Source: Candidatus Bathyarchaeota archaeon
GTDB taxonomy: Archaea > Thermoproteota > Bathyarchaeia > TCS64
Reading direction: 5' to 3'
Assembly (NCBI GenBank): GCA_963771885.1
Contig: CAVYVF010000022.1
Span: 224,001-288,000 of the forward strand
DNA length: 64,000 nt
Of this stretch, positions 51,153 through 61,477 are shown in pieces; the first letter of the stretch is position 1, and the number at the start of each line of letters is the position of its first letter. A program made the position numbers and the translations under genes. Below the pieces are notes generated by a model that did no database searches, was not told the DNA's origin, and saw only the letters and a list, made by a program, of their open reading frames with translations.

Positions 51153-51884
51153 CTAGTCGGGGTTCTCCGCACAGGCGACCCTGTAGCTGCTCTTGAGGAG
51201 AGTCTGGGCGTATTCCACGATCGTAGGTCCTATGCCCCCCACCTCGGAAAGGGGACCCGTCAGCTTCTTCGTCTTTCCCGAGGCTGAGGCGTGGATCTCC
51301 GCGGAGGCGAGTTCTTCGATCACCCTTAAGGGCGTGTCGAACTTCTCGAGCAGGTCCTCGGCTGACGTGGTGCCTATCTGCTGGAAGCCGGAGAGGAGGA
51401 AGAGCTGCTGCTTGTTCAGGGGCAAGCTCCTGTCCACGTTTCTGAGTTGTATCGCCCGGTTGTCTTTCGCCTGCTCCCTGTAGGCGAGGCGCTGCAGCAG
51501 AATGGCTGTCGAGTCCGTATCCTCGGTCGGCAGCACACTGATACCGTAGTCGAGGGCGAGGCTGCTGAGGGCCCCGTAGACGGAGGCCGGCTTCATGGCG
51601 CTACGCTTCAACGCCCTGCTGACCTGTCCCTCAAGGATTAGGACGGGCCGCTCATACGCCTCGACCATCGCCTTCGCCTGGCTGAAGAGGCGCCCGTCCT
51701 TCATGCTGCCGAGGAAGTCGGAGACATCCTTGCGCTCGACACCGACACGGTCTGAAACGATATAGTCACACACGGTCAGCTTTTGGATGTCGACGACGAC
51801 GCCGCTGAGGCGCAGATAGTTGAGTATGTCTCGGCGGCTGCTCGCCTCGTTGCTGTCGACGCAGATATGGAGCTCCTCAGGCGT
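51153..51884 (-). CDS. Short XPF/ERCC4 structure-specific nuclease; probable ACG start
   Basis: ICVDSNE, CDYIV, VERK..SDF, GRLFSQ, HhH motifs; frame open 37 codons upstream of the ORF-track start. Confidence 0.88.
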   Translation of the reverse strand, partial: TPEELHICVDSNEASSRRDILNYLRLSGVVVDIQKLTVCDYIVSDRVGVERKDVSDFLGSMKDGRLFSQAKAMVEAYERPVLILEGQVSRALKRSAMKPASVYGALSSLALDYGISVLPTEDTDSTAILLQRLAYREQAKDNRAIQLRNVDRSLPLNKQQLFLLSGFQQIGTTSAEDLLEKFDTPLRVIEELASAEIHASASGKTKKLTGPLSEVGGIGPTIVEYAQTLLKSSYRVACAENPD

Positions 51885-52635
51885 AGTCCCTCACCTCGAA
51901 CTCCAGCTCGACCTTATGTGGCGACTGGCTCCCTTTCAAGGTCTTCATGAAGCCCAGCACAACATTGGCGAGGGCGGAGCCGGTGAACTTGTTCAGAGGT
52001 ATCACCGAGCCATCGACGCGGAGGACGACATCTGAGCCGTACTTAACGCACTTCTCGGCGTCCTCCTCGCCCGCAAGGATTGCGCGTCCGAGTTCGCCGC
52101 AGGTCTTGAAACCGCATCCCTTGCAGTTCAGCCCCGCGAGGAGCGGGTAGGCGCGCACCTCGACTATGTCGGCGAGGGTGCCGGGGTCGTCGAGGGCAAC
52201 GACGGGCAGGTCGCCTGCCTCGAGCACCTTCTTCTCGACGTCGACGGAGGCGATCTCGAGCCCGATCGTCAGTTTCTCCACCTCCTCGCTGCTCCTCGGT
52301 ACGATGATCCGTGGCGCGATGTCGAGTGTCTTGAAGCCCTCGAGCACGATGAAGTCGACTTCTCCGAGGGTGTCGGCTGCCTTCTGGATGTTCATGGCGC
52401 GCCTGAGGAAGATCGCTGTGCGGTTGTCGGAGAGGATGGCCGTAGAGACGGCGCCCGCCTCGGCGTGCCTGTAGGTGTCCGTCCCCTCCTTGTCAAGAGG
52501 CATATCCTCGGCCGTGTGCTTGAGCGTCCCGACCCTGTGCCCCCTCCTGGTGAGCTCGGCGACGAGCGACTCGACTACGCGCGTCTTCCCAGCCGCCTTG
52601 AAGCCCACTACGGCGACTGCCCTAGGTGCCCCCAT
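51877..52635 (-). CDS. mobB: MobB with C-terminal Fe-S domain
   Basis: GFKAAGKT, LKH, D..GTDT, EGFK, NCKGCGFKTC. Confidence 0.9.
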   Translation of the reverse strand: MGAPRAVAVVGFKAAGKTRVVESLVAELTRRGHRVGTLKHTAEDMPLDKEGTDTYRHAEAGAVSTAILSDNRTAIFLRRAMNIQKAADTLGEVDFIVLEGFKTLDIAPRIIVPRSSEEVEKLTIGLEIASVDVEKKVLEAGDLPVVALDDPGTLADIVEVRAYPLLAGLNCKGCGFKTCGELGRAILAGEEDAEKCVKYGSDVVLRVDGSVIPLNKFTGSALANVVLGFMKTLKGSQSPHKVELEFEVRDYA

Positions 52636-52716
52636 GCCCAGAAGTTGCCGCGACGCCGTAATAATCCCTGCGGACGCGTTCAACGGATAAATAACAGTGT
52701 GGAGGGGAATCCCTTG

Positions 52717-54075
52717 ATGGTCGAGCTCAGGTTCTACGGAGGAGTCGGGGAGATAGGCGGGAACAAGATTCTCCTCGTCGACGGCGACACGCGCCTCTGG
52801 CTCGACTTCGGCAAGGGCTTCACCTGCGGCGACGACTACTTCACGGGCTACCTCGCCCCGAGGGGTATCGCCGGCCTGAAGGACTACTTCGAGTTCGACC
52901 TGCTCCCAAAGGTCGATGGCCTCTATTCGGAGGAGATGCTCGGGGAGACGGAGGTGCGCCACTGCGAGCCGCGCTTCGATGGCATAATCATCAGCCACGC
53001 CCACGGCGACCACGTCGGCCACCTCGGCTTCGTGGACCCCCGCATACCCGTCCACACTGGCGCGGGGACAAAGCTCTTCATGGAGGCTGCCGACGAGACG
53101 AGCAATTACAGGCTTGGGGATCACGCCTACCACACCTTCCGCACCGACCTCAGCTTCCGCGTCGGCTCCGTCGAGGTGCGCCCGATACACGTCGACCACA
53201 GCATCCCCGGCGCCTACGGCTTCATCATCTACACCTCGAAGGGCCCCCTAGTCTACACGGGCGACATGAGGGCGCATGGCCCAAAGGCAGACATGACCGA
53301 GGAGTTCATCGAGGCGGCCGCCGGCGAGAAGCCCGTCGCTATGATAACGGAGGGCACACGCGTCACCCCTAACGAGGGCAGACAGAGCCTATCCGAGCAG
53401 CAGGTCTACAACGGTGTAGCCGCGACCTGCAACAAGCCCGCCCACAAGGGCAGGCTCATACTCTACACACACGGACCGCGCGACATGGACAGGCTCGGCA
53501 CATTCTACACAGCAGCCGTCGTCTCTGGCAGACGCGTAGTAATAAGCCCGAAGACCGCCCACCTCCTCTCCAAGCTCGTCCGCGACGAGCACCTCGACCT
53601 ACCCGACCCGAGCAAGGACGAGAACATCGCCGTATACTACAGGCGCAAGAAGAGCGGCAGCTACAACGAGAACGACTACTACAAGTGGGAGCGCCCCTTC
53701 CTCGACAGGATGGTGACCCCCACCGAGCTCAAGAAAGACCCCGGCAGGTACATGGTATACATCGACTTCTCCGGACTCACAGAGCTCATCGACATACGCC
53801 CCCAGCGCAGCACCCCCTTCATCTACAGCATGAGCGAGCACTTCACCGAGGACGACGTCGAAGGCACCGTGCTCAGGAACTGGATAGCCCACTTCGGCCT
53901 CGAGTACGTGCAGCTTCACGCCTCGGGGCACATAAGCCGAGGCGAACTCGCCGAGGCGATAACCCGCGTCGGAACACGCAAGCTATTCCCCGTTCACACG
54001 GAGCACCCCGAGATGTTCAAGGAGATGCACGGCGGCACTGTGACGCCAGAGAAGGGGAAGACCTACAGCCTCTAA
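52717..54075 (+). CDS. Beta-CASP metallo-beta-lactamase (RNase J-like)
   Basis: GGVGEIGGN, HAHGDH, VDHS, YTGD, HASGH, PVH. Confidence 0.88.
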   Translation: MVELRFYGGVGEIGGNKILLVDGDTRLWLDFGKGFTCGDDYFTGYLAPRGIAGLKDYFEFDLLPKVDGLYSEEMLGETEVRHCEPRFDGIIISHAHGDHVGHLGFVDPRIPVHTGAGTKLFMEAADETSNYRLGDHAYHTFRTDLSFRVGSVEVRPIHVDHSIPGAYGFIIYTSKGPLVYTGDMRAHGPKADMTEEFIEAAAGEKPVAMITEGTRVTPNEGRQSLSEQQVYNGVAATCNKPAHKGRLILYTHGPRDMDRLGTFYTAAVVSGRRVVISPKTAHLLSKLVRDEHLDLPDPSKDENIAVYYRRKKSGSYNENDYYKWERPFLDRMVTPTELKKDPGRYMVYIDFSGLTELIDIRPQRSTPFIYSMSEHFTEDDVEGTVLRNWIAHFGLEYVQLHASGHISRGELAEAITRVGTRKLFPVHTEHPEMFKEMHGGTVTPEKGKTYSL

Positions 54076-55451
54076 TCCTTCCCCTTGAAGGGGTCGACGC
54101 CGGTTATGCAGAATGTGCAGATGTGCCCCAGGGGCAGCCCGATCGACTCGACTATGTTCTCCGGCGTGTTGTAGAGGACGTGGTCGATGCTCGGAAGACC
54201 CTTCGCCACAAGCTCACCTATCTCCTCGATACTCTTCCCCTTGAAGGGCTTCGCGGCGAGCGGCTTGTCCGCTGGGTCGCTGAAGCAGGGGTAGAAGATT
54301 GGGGCGTAGCTGACCAGGAAGTCGACCTCCGTAGCACCTGCCTTACGGAGGCTCTTGGCGACCGACTCGCTGACCGTCCCCCTGACGATGCTGTCGTCGC
54401 AGATGGCGACCTTCTTACCGCCCACGGTGGCGCGTATCACATTGTGCTTCAGGTCACTAGCCGTCTTCCTGAAGTTTGGGTCGTAGATGAGGTATGTACG
54501 GCCCAGGTAGGCGTTCTTTATAATACCCTCGTCCGCGGGGACACCGAGCCCCTCGGCTACACCCGTGCAGACGCTCCTTCCTGAGTCCGGGACCGGGATG
54601 ACGGCCAAGTCCTTCCGCGGCCCCTTCTCGACACCGTACTCCTTCTTGAGGTCGTGGGTCTCCACGAGGGCGTGCCCGAGGTTCTTCCTCGCAGCGTGAA
54701 CACTCTTCCCCTCCATGACAGAGTCGGGGCGCCCGAAGTAGACCCACTCGAAGGCGCAGTGCGCTGGGCGTGGCTCTATCACCTGCTCCTCGTGAATGCC
54801 CTCGGGGCTGGCGTAGATGATCGACCCGGGGACGACGTCACGGCGGTCGTCGAAGATCTCCCCCATCCCCTCCATCACATCGACGGGTGCCGATTCGGAG
54901 GCGACGAAAAGCGTCGTCTTCGTCCTCGCGACATGTAACGGCCTTACGCCGCGCGGGTCACGCGCCGCGAAAAGAGTACTCGTTCCCGCCTTCTTATCGA
55001 GCACGGCGGCGACGAGGCTGTAATAAGCGGTTGGTAGGCTCCACATCGCCTCCTTTAGGGCGGGGATGATACTGGCTCCCTCCAGCTTTGACCTGAGAAC
55101 GTCGAAGAACGCCTTCTCGTTCGAGTCACCCGCCTTCTTCGGCAGGTAGCCATCGATGGCGAGGGCGATCCTATACCTCTCGGTCTCGAGAACCCAGGGG
55201 GTCAGCCCACCCGCCACGTCCTCGCCGGAGGCGCAGCCGACGACTATGTAATCGTCAGGGTGGCTGAACGGCTGATATCTCTCGTCGAAGACTCTTGAGA
55301 CGAGGCCCTGGCCGTTCCATACCCTGAGGCTGCGGTCGCCCGCCGCGGCGACGCCTGCGCTCTCCTGCCCCCTGTGCTGTACACCGTAGAGTGTATAGAG
55401 GCTCTTCCTGCCGACGTCCTCCCGCGCATATACGCCTATAACGCCCTGCAT
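54072..55451 (-). CDS. Amidophosphoribosyltransferase paralog lacking the N-terminal catalytic Cys
   Basis: MQGVIG, QHRGQESAG, CAFEWVYF.RPDS, VPDSG, DDSIVRGT, CTFC. Confidence 0.87.
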   Translation of the reverse strand: MQGVIGVYAREDVGRKSLYTLYGVQHRGQESAGVAAAGDRSLRVWNGQGLVSRVFDERYQPFSHPDDYIVVGCASGEDVAGGLTPWVLETERYRIALAIDGYLPKKAGDSNEKAFFDVLRSKLEGASIIPALKEAMWSLPTAYYSLVAAVLDKKAGTSTLFAARDPRGVRPLHVARTKTTLFVASESAPVDVMEGMGEIFDDRRDVVPGSIIYASPEGIHEEQVIEPRPAHCAFEWVYFGRPDSVMEGKSVHAARKNLGHALVETHDLKKEYGVEKGPRKDLAVIPVPDSGRSVCTGVAEGLGVPADEGIIKNAYLGRTYLIYDPNFRKTASDLKHNVIRATVGGKKVAICDDSIVRGTVSESVAKSLRKAGATEVDFLVSYAPIFYPCFSDPADKPLAAKPFKGKSIEEIGELVAKGLPSIDHVLYNTPENIVESIGLPLGHICTFCITGVDPFKGKD

Positions 55452-55490
55452 GCCGTTTCAATCGGCGGAGCGCGGATAAAAAACAGTCGC

Positions 55491-56906
55491 CTAGGAGGCC
55501 ATACTCATCGCCCTGCGCGGCGAGAGGATGAACGGGGGCAGGTAGGCGGGTATGTTACTGAAGGGCAGCACCTCAGGGGCAAGCTTGAGCCCCAGTTTCC
55601 CGGTCATGAACTCCCTACGTGCCTCTATGCGGCCCCACGCCTCGGGATACTTCTCCGATAACTCGCTACGGAGCCTCCGGTCGGCGAGGCAGAGCCCGTC
55701 CTCAATGTTCGACGTGAAGTACCTCGTCCCCGTCCCCGGGATCACGTCCACTTGGATCGCCATGCCGGACACTAGTTTCTCCTTTGACCCCTCGTAGCTG
55801 GGGCTGCTCAGCCACTCGTCGAGGCTCGTGAGGTGGCCCGGGTTGAGGTGGACGCCGAAGAAGGGGTCGCCTATACGCCCGTGAACCGCCTTCCAGAGGT
55901 CACCTCCTGTTGCACCTATCCGGAGCTTTTCGTACCACACGGCCACGGCCTCGAAGTAGGGTGCAACAAGCTTCGGCACGTAGTCCCTGATCTGTCTCGG
56001 CAGCTCCGCCTCTGACTCCACCATGAAGCCGGCGCGACTGTTGAGACTCCCCCATGCCCCGTAGGCCGTCGTGAAGGGTTCGCCCCTCTGGATAACGCGG
56101 CTGCTCGGGCTGGGCAACCCCATCGAGGCGCGAGGCCCAGCGCTAAGCATCAGGTGACAACTCAAAGGCAGCCCGTTAAGACGCATCAACTGCACCGCCT
56201 CGTACTCCGTCATGCCGGGGCGGATGCCGAAGAGGACGCCCCTAAGTGCCTGGCTCGTGAATGTACCCGCGTACTCGAATCGGGCGAGCTGGTCAACGTC
56301 GTTCACGGAACGTAGCCCGCCGACGGGGTGAAGGAGAAGGGTGTTCGCATTGAATACGTTGCCCCTCCCCGCCACTCGGCGTAGAGTGTCCACGATGTAG
56401 CTAGGGATCTCCAGCGCCGCCTCGGGGTCGTCCACCTCGATGACTGTGTAGTACTTCCACCCCGCGGCACCGACCTTGCCGCCCCGCTTGACGCCGCCGA
56501 GGCGGAAGATGCCCTTCAGTGGCCTGCTGTCGCCGCGGGGCTGGCTGACGAGGCTGAAGCTCTGGTAAAGGGCGATTCGAAGCCTCTTCTCGATCGGGCT
56601 GATACTCGTGTACCCCTTTCCCTCGTTGCCGACGACTAGCAGTGGTTTCCCGCACCCCTTCAAGTCAAGGATAAGTAGCGCCTCCTCGAATCGGGGGTCA
56701 TAGCCGGTGAGCCACGTAAGGTTGGCGAAATGCTCACGGTCACCATAGACGACGAACGAGTCGTAGCCCGCGTCTCTCGCCTTCCCGCTCAGGGCTTCGA
56801 TCCTCGCGAGGTACGTCTCAGGGGGTATAACGGGCTCCACAGTTGGAAGCCCGAATTCGGGCAACTCCAGCTCGGCAAGCTCAGCATGGCGCGGCAAACT
56901 GTACAC
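55491..56906 (-). CDS. Creatinase/aminopeptidase P-like (M24 fold) protein, divergent
   Basis: YGDREHFANL.WLTG, RPGMTE, NPGH, IED. Confidence 0.75.
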   Translation of the reverse strand: MYSLPRHAELAELELPEFGLPTVEPVIPPETYLARIEALSGKARDAGYDSFVVYGDREHFANLTWLTGYDPRFEEALLILDLKGCGKPLLVVGNEGKGYTSISPIEKRLRIALYQSFSLVSQPRGDSRPLKGIFRLGGVKRGGKVGAAGWKYYTVIEVDDPEAALEIPSYIVDTLRRVAGRGNVFNANTLLLHPVGGLRSVNDVDQLARFEYAGTFTSQALRGVLFGIRPGMTEYEAVQLMRLNGLPLSCHLMLSAGPRASMGLPSPSSRVIQRGEPFTTAYGAWGSLNSRAGFMVESEAELPRQIRDYVPKLVAPYFEAVAVWYEKLRIGATGGDLWKAVHGRIGDPFFGVHLNPGHLTSLDEWLSSPSYEGSKEKLVSGMAIQVDVIPGTGTRYFTSNIEDGLCLADRRLRSELSEKYPEAWGRIEARREFMTGKLGLKLAPEVLPFSNIPAYLPPFILSPRRAMSMAS

Positions 56907-56983
56907 CTAACTGATATTCAGCTGGTTTCAGTTATCAGTCTTAACCCTCGTATTCTTTAGGTAGCACGGTGGAGCGTTGATCG

Positions 56984-58465
56984 ATGGGTTTCTACTTGGG
57001 CATCGACTGCGGATCGCAGGGGACAAAGGCGGTCGTCGTCGATGGGGGTGACGGGCGCGTCGCGGGCAGCGGCTATGTGGGTTATGGCTACATTGAGGGT
57101 CTGCCGCCGGGGCACAGGGAGCAGGAGCCAGGCATCTGGGTCGTAGCAATGATCAAGGCGGTGAGGGACGCCCTCGCCCAAGCAGGTAGCAACAGGGTCG
57201 AGGGCATAGGAGTCTCCGGGCAGCAGCACGGCTTCGTCCCCCTCGACGCCTCGGGGAAGGTCATACGCCCCGCTAAGCTCTGGAATGACACAAGCACCAC
57301 TGAGGAGTGCATGTGGCTCATCGAGCGCCTCGGCGGCATCCGCAGGGTCGTCGAGCTGACGGGTAACACGATACTCCCCGGCTTCACGGCGGGGAAGATA
57401 CTCTGGCTCAAGAACCACGAGCCCGGGAACTACCTCCGCCTCGCCACCGTGCTGCTCCCCCACGACTACCTCAACCTCTGGCTGACTGGACACGCCACGA
57501 TGGAGGCGGGAGACGCCTCTGGGACCGCCCTCATGGATGTCCGCGCCCGGGAGTGGAGAGAGGAGGTCGTTGAGATGATCGACCCCGGCCTTATGGCGAA
57601 GCTGCCGGAGATACAGCCCTCCGGCGAGCCGGCGGGGACGCTGAGGAGGGAAGCGGCGGAGGCACTTGGGCTATCGGAGGGAGTTACAGTAAGTGCGGGC
57701 GGCGGCGACAACATGATGGGCGCCATAGGCACGGGGAACACGCGTCCCGGGATTTTCACCGTCAGCCTCGGCACATCGGGCACGATCTACGCCTACTCGG
57801 CCAAGCCCGTCGTCGACCCCCTCGGCGAGGCACACGCCTTCTGCGACTCAACGGGTGCTTGGCTCCCCCTCGCCTGCACCATGAACGTGACGGTCGCAAC
57901 GGAGGTGGTGAGGGGGCTCCTCGGCCTCAGCCACGGTGGGCTCGAGGAGGCGGTGGACGTTACGCCCGTCGGCTCAAACGGCGTCGTCCTACTGCCCTAT
58001 CTCACGGGAGAGCGGACGCCAAACGTACCAGACGGGAAGGGGGTGCTCTACGGCCTTACACCCGAGAACCTCACACCGGGCAACCTCGCACGCGCCGCTA
58101 TGGAGGGCGCCACGATGGGCTTGAACTTCGGCTTCAACCGCCTCAAGCAGATGGGGATAGAGCCGGGGGAGGTGCGCCTCACGGGTGGCGGCTCGAAGAA
58201 CGGGGCTTGGAGAAGGATGTGCGCCGACGTCTTCGGAGTAGAGACGGTCTGCCTGGGCGTTGACGAAGGCGCAGCCTACGGGGCGGCCCTACAGGCGCTC
58301 TGGACCCGTGAGGGGGGCTCGATCTCTGAGATAACCGACAGGTTCGTGCGCCTCGACGAGGCAACGCGCTCCAAGCCCGACCCAGCGAACGTGGAGAAGT
58401 ACAGGAGACTCCAGGGGCTGCAGGACAGGCTTAGCACCGACCTACGCGGCGTCTTCTCTTCGTAG
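56984..58465 (+). CDS. xylB: Xylulokinase
   Basis: LGIDCGSQGTK, SGQQHG, GGGDN, LGTSG, GERTP. Confidence 0.93.
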   Translation: MGFYLGIDCGSQGTKAVVVDGGDGRVAGSGYVGYGYIEGLPPGHREQEPGIWVVAMIKAVRDALAQAGSNRVEGIGVSGQQHGFVPLDASGKVIRPAKLWNDTSTTEECMWLIERLGGIRRVVELTGNTILPGFTAGKILWLKNHEPGNYLRLATVLLPHDYLNLWLTGHATMEAGDASGTALMDVRAREWREEVVEMIDPGLMAKLPEIQPSGEPAGTLRREAAEALGLSEGVTVSAGGGDNMMGAIGTGNTRPGIFTVSLGTSGTIYAYSAKPVVDPLGEAHAFCDSTGAWLPLACTMNVTVATEVVRGLLGLSHGGLEEAVDVTPVGSNGVVLLPYLTGERTPNVPDGKGVLYGLTPENLTPGNLARAAMEGATMGLNFGFNRLKQMGIEPGEVRLTGGGSKNGAWRRMCADVFGVETVCLGVDEGAAYGAALQALWTREGGSISEITDRFVRLDEATRSKPDPANVEKYRRLQGLQDRLSTDLRGVFSS

Positions 58466-58503
58466 CGCGGAACTGTTTTACCGCCCCGCGCCACCCTCAT
58501 GCC

Positions 58504-59646
58504 ATGTTAGACCTGAGGCAGCAGAGGACGGAGAGGAGCCCCGAGGAGATGCTCAGGCACCTCAAGGCAACGAAGCTGAAGCCGAGGTTCAGCCTGGGCG
58601 TCTGGTACTTCTACCCCGGCGGGGGGCGCTTCCACGACGCATACGTCGAGAAGGGCACGATCGCGGAGTGCATCGATAAGATCAAGGCAATGAAGGACGC
58701 GGGAATAGTGAACGGCTCCCTCGGCGTCGAGGCTCACTACCCCAACGAGGTCAATAGGGACAACGTCCACCTCTACAAGGAATTGGAGAAGGAGACGGGT
58801 ATTAAGCTCATCACGTGCATCCCGATGCTCTTCTTTGATAGGCAGTTCGAGTTCGGCAGCCTCAGCAACCCGGACGTCAAGGTGCGAAAGGTTGCCACAG
58901 ATCGCCTCATGGAGAGCCTGAGGCTAAACAAGGAGTTGGGTACGGACGTCTGCGTCATCTGGCCGGGGATCGACGGCTACGAGGTCCCTTTCGGCCACGA
59001 TTACTACGGTATGTGGAGCCGATTTGAGGGCGCCGTCGCGGAGGCGATGGACGAGGTCCCCGGGATGCGCGTCGCGATGGAGCCGAAGCCCTACGAGCCC
59101 CGTGGTAACAATATCTATAGGAACACTGCGAACGGCCTCCTCTTCGCGAGGAATGTCGAGGCGCTACTCAAGCACAGGGAGAACGTGAAGCTGCTTAAGG
59201 ATGGGCACGCGATGGTCGGCCTCAACCCGGAGGTAGGCCACGTGCTGATGGGGCATGAGGATCTCCCCGGTGCATTCGCCTCGGTGCTCCGTGAGGGGCG
59301 CCTTGCTCACAGCCACTGGAACAGCCAGCCCCTAGGCAACTACGACCAGGACCTGAACGCTGGCGTCCTCGGAATTGACCAGATGCTCTCCACGCTCCTC
59401 GTCTTCAAGATGTACGCCTATGCGGGCTTCTACGGCATCGATATCAATCCCGAGAGGATGCCCGTTGAGAAGGCAATTACGCTGAACTTGAACGCGTTAA
59501 ACGCGGGGGCCGAGGTTGTTAATGGGCTCGACTATGATTCCCTTGTCCCCGCGATATACGACCCGGCGGGGCATAGGGGAGTCATCGAGGAGACACTCAC
59601 AAAGGCGTGGGCACCGAAGGGAACCAAGCTGAGAAAGCTTTCCTAA
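58504..59646 (+). CDS. xylA: Xylose isomerase-family sugar isomerase
   Basis: WPGIDG, EPKPYEPR, NPEVGH, YDQD; follows xylB; substrate inferred. Confidence 0.8.
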   Translation: MLDLRQQRTERSPEEMLRHLKATKLKPRFSLGVWYFYPGGGRFHDAYVEKGTIAECIDKIKAMKDAGIVNGSLGVEAHYPNEVNRDNVHLYKELEKETGIKLITCIPMLFFDRQFEFGSLSNPDVKVRKVATDRLMESLRLNKELGTDVCVIWPGIDGYEVPFGHDYYGMWSRFEGAVAEAMDEVPGMRVAMEPKPYEPRGNNIYRNTANGLLFARNVEALLKHRENVKLLKDGHAMVGLNPEVGHVLMGHEDLPGAFASVLREGRLAHSHWNSQPLGNYDQDLNAGVLGIDQMLSTLLVFKMYAYAGFYGIDINPERMPVEKAITLNLNALNAGAEVVNGLDYDSLVPAIYDPAGHRGVIEETLTKAWAPKGTKLRKLS

Positions 59647-59695
59647 CCTCGTTACTGCTTAAATAAGAGGCTCAATCAATAATCGACGAAAGCCG

Positions 59696-61477
59696 TTGAG
59701 GGTCGCCGTAGTCGACAAGGAGAAGTGCAAGCCCGACAAGTGTGACGAGGTCTGCGTCAGGTTCTGCCCCATGGTGAGAACGCGCCGCGAGGCGATCCGA
59801 ATGGGAGACGACGGGAAGGCCTACGTCGCCGAGATGATATGCAGCGGCTGCGGCATCTGCGTGAAGAAGTGCCCATTCGACGCTCTCCGCATAGTCAACC
59901 TCCCCGACGAGTTGAAGACCGACCACACACACCGCTTTGGTCCCAACGCCTTCACTCTCTACAGGCTCCCCACGCTCAAGCAGGGGAGCGTCGTCGGCCT
60001 CCTCGGACGCAACGGCATAGGAAAGTCAACGATCCTACGCATCCTGAGCGGGGAGATGGTGCCGAACCTCGGTAAATACATGGAGCCGCCGATGAGGGAG
60101 GAGGTCAAGGAGAACTACGCGGGAAGGCCCATGTACGACTACCTAGATGCCCTCTACGGAGGGCGCATGCAGGTGGTACACAAACCCCAGTACGTCGATA
60201 AGATACCCAAGGTCGTTAAAGGTACAGTCGGCGAGGTCCTGAAGAGGCTGGACCAGCGCGGCTTGGCTGCGCAGGTCGCTAAGGACCTTGAGCTGGAGCA
60301 TCTGATGGACAGGACGCTCGATGTCCTCTCGGGTGGCGAACTACAACGCGTAGCGATCGCCACAGCCGTTCTGCGGGACGCCAAGGTCTATCTCTTCGAC
60401 GAGCCGAGCAGCCACCTCGACATCTACCAGCGCACAAAGGCGGCGCGCGTAATCAGGAGCCTCGTGGACGCGGATAAAATGGTCGTCGCCGCCGAGCACG
60501 ACCTCGCCGTCCTAGACTACATGAGCGACGATGTCTTCCTCCTTTACGGAGAACCCGATGTCTACGGCATAGTCAGCAAGATCCACAGCGTCCGCGAGGG
60601 CATCAACATCTACATAAACGGCTACATCCCCGACGAGAACATCCGCTTCAGGGAGCACCCGATAATCTTCCACGACAAGCCGCCGAACCCCGAGAGGAAG
60701 GGATCGCGCCCGCTCCTGCAGTGGACGGAGCTGAAGAAGCGCTACGGCGGCTTCAGCCTCGACGTGGAGGCAGGGAAGATTGGCGTCGGCGACGTCGTTG
60801 GCATCCTCGGCATGAACGGCATCGGAAAGACCACATTCATCAAGATGCTCGCAGGCGTCGAGAAACCCGATGAAGGCGCAGTAACCAACCCGACCCTCAG
60901 GGTGAGCTACAAGCCCCAGTACATAAGCCAGCAGAGCGTCGAGGGTACAGTAGAGCAGGTCCTACGCAAGGCGGCAGGCGATAAGTACGGTGAGCAGTGG
61001 TTCACCGCCGAAGTCGTCGAGCCGCTACACGTCAGGAGGATGCTTGAGAGGGACGTCAAGGTGCTCTCCGGCGGCGAGCTACAGCGCCTCGCCATCGCGG
61101 AGTGCCTCAGCAGGGACGCCGACATCTACCTACTCGACGAGCCTTCGGCATACCTCGACGTCGAAGAACGCCTCGCCGTGGCACGCGCCATACGCCGCAT
61201 CACAAAGATGCGCGGCGTCACAGCCTTCGTCGTCGAGCACGACATAGTCACTCAGGACTTCATCGCGGACAAGCTCATGGTCTTCACCGGCGAGGCGGGA
61301 AAAAGCGGCCACGCAGGTCAGCCGCTCAGCCTCGAGGACGGCATGAACGCCTTCCTAGAGCAGATGGGTGTCACCTTCCGCCGCGACGCCGACACGAAGA
61401 GACCCCGCGTCAACAAACCAGGTAGCAGGCTCGACAAGGAGCAGAAGGAGTCGGGCAACTACTACTACACGAGCTAG
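59696..61477 (+). CDS. ABCE1/Rli1 ribosome recycling ATPase
   Basis: N-terminal 2x[4Fe-4S]; twin ABC domains LSGGELQR; RPRVNK.GS. Confidence 0.96.
   Translation: MRVAVVDKEKCKPDKCDEVCVRFCPMVRTRREAIRMGDDGKAYVAEMICSGCGICVKKCPFDALRIVNLPDELKTDHTHRFGPNAFTLYRLPTLKQGSVVGLLGRNGIGKSTILRILSGEMVPNLGKYMEPPMREEVKENYAGRPMYDYLDALYGGRMQVVHKPQYVDKIPKVVKGTVGEVLKRLDQRGLAAQVAKDLELEHLMDRTLDVLSGGELQRVAIATAVLRDAKVYLFDEPSSHLDIYQRTKAARVIRSLVDADKMVVAAEHDLAVLDYMSDDVFLLYGEPDVYGIVSKIHSVREGINIYINGYIPDENIRFREHPIIFHDKPPNPERKGSRPLLQWTELKKRYGGFSLDVEAGKIGVGDVVGILGMNGIGKTTFIKMLAGVEKPDEGAVTNPTLRVSYKPQYISQQSVEGTVEQVLRKAAGDKYGEQWFTAEVVEPLHVRRMLERDVKVLSGGELQRLAIAECLSRDADIYLLDEPSAYLDVEERLAVARAIRRITKMRGVTAFVVEHDIVTQDFIADKLMVFTGEAGKSGHAGQPLSLEDGMNAFLEQMGVTFRRDADTKRPRVNKPGSRLDKEQKESGNYYYTS

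Noticed and set aside
52636..53199. Long N-terminal extensions of mobB and other ORF-track calls (RNase J, MFS, purF, cobO)
   Set aside because: They overlap neighbouring genes; conserved domains start at downstream initiation codons
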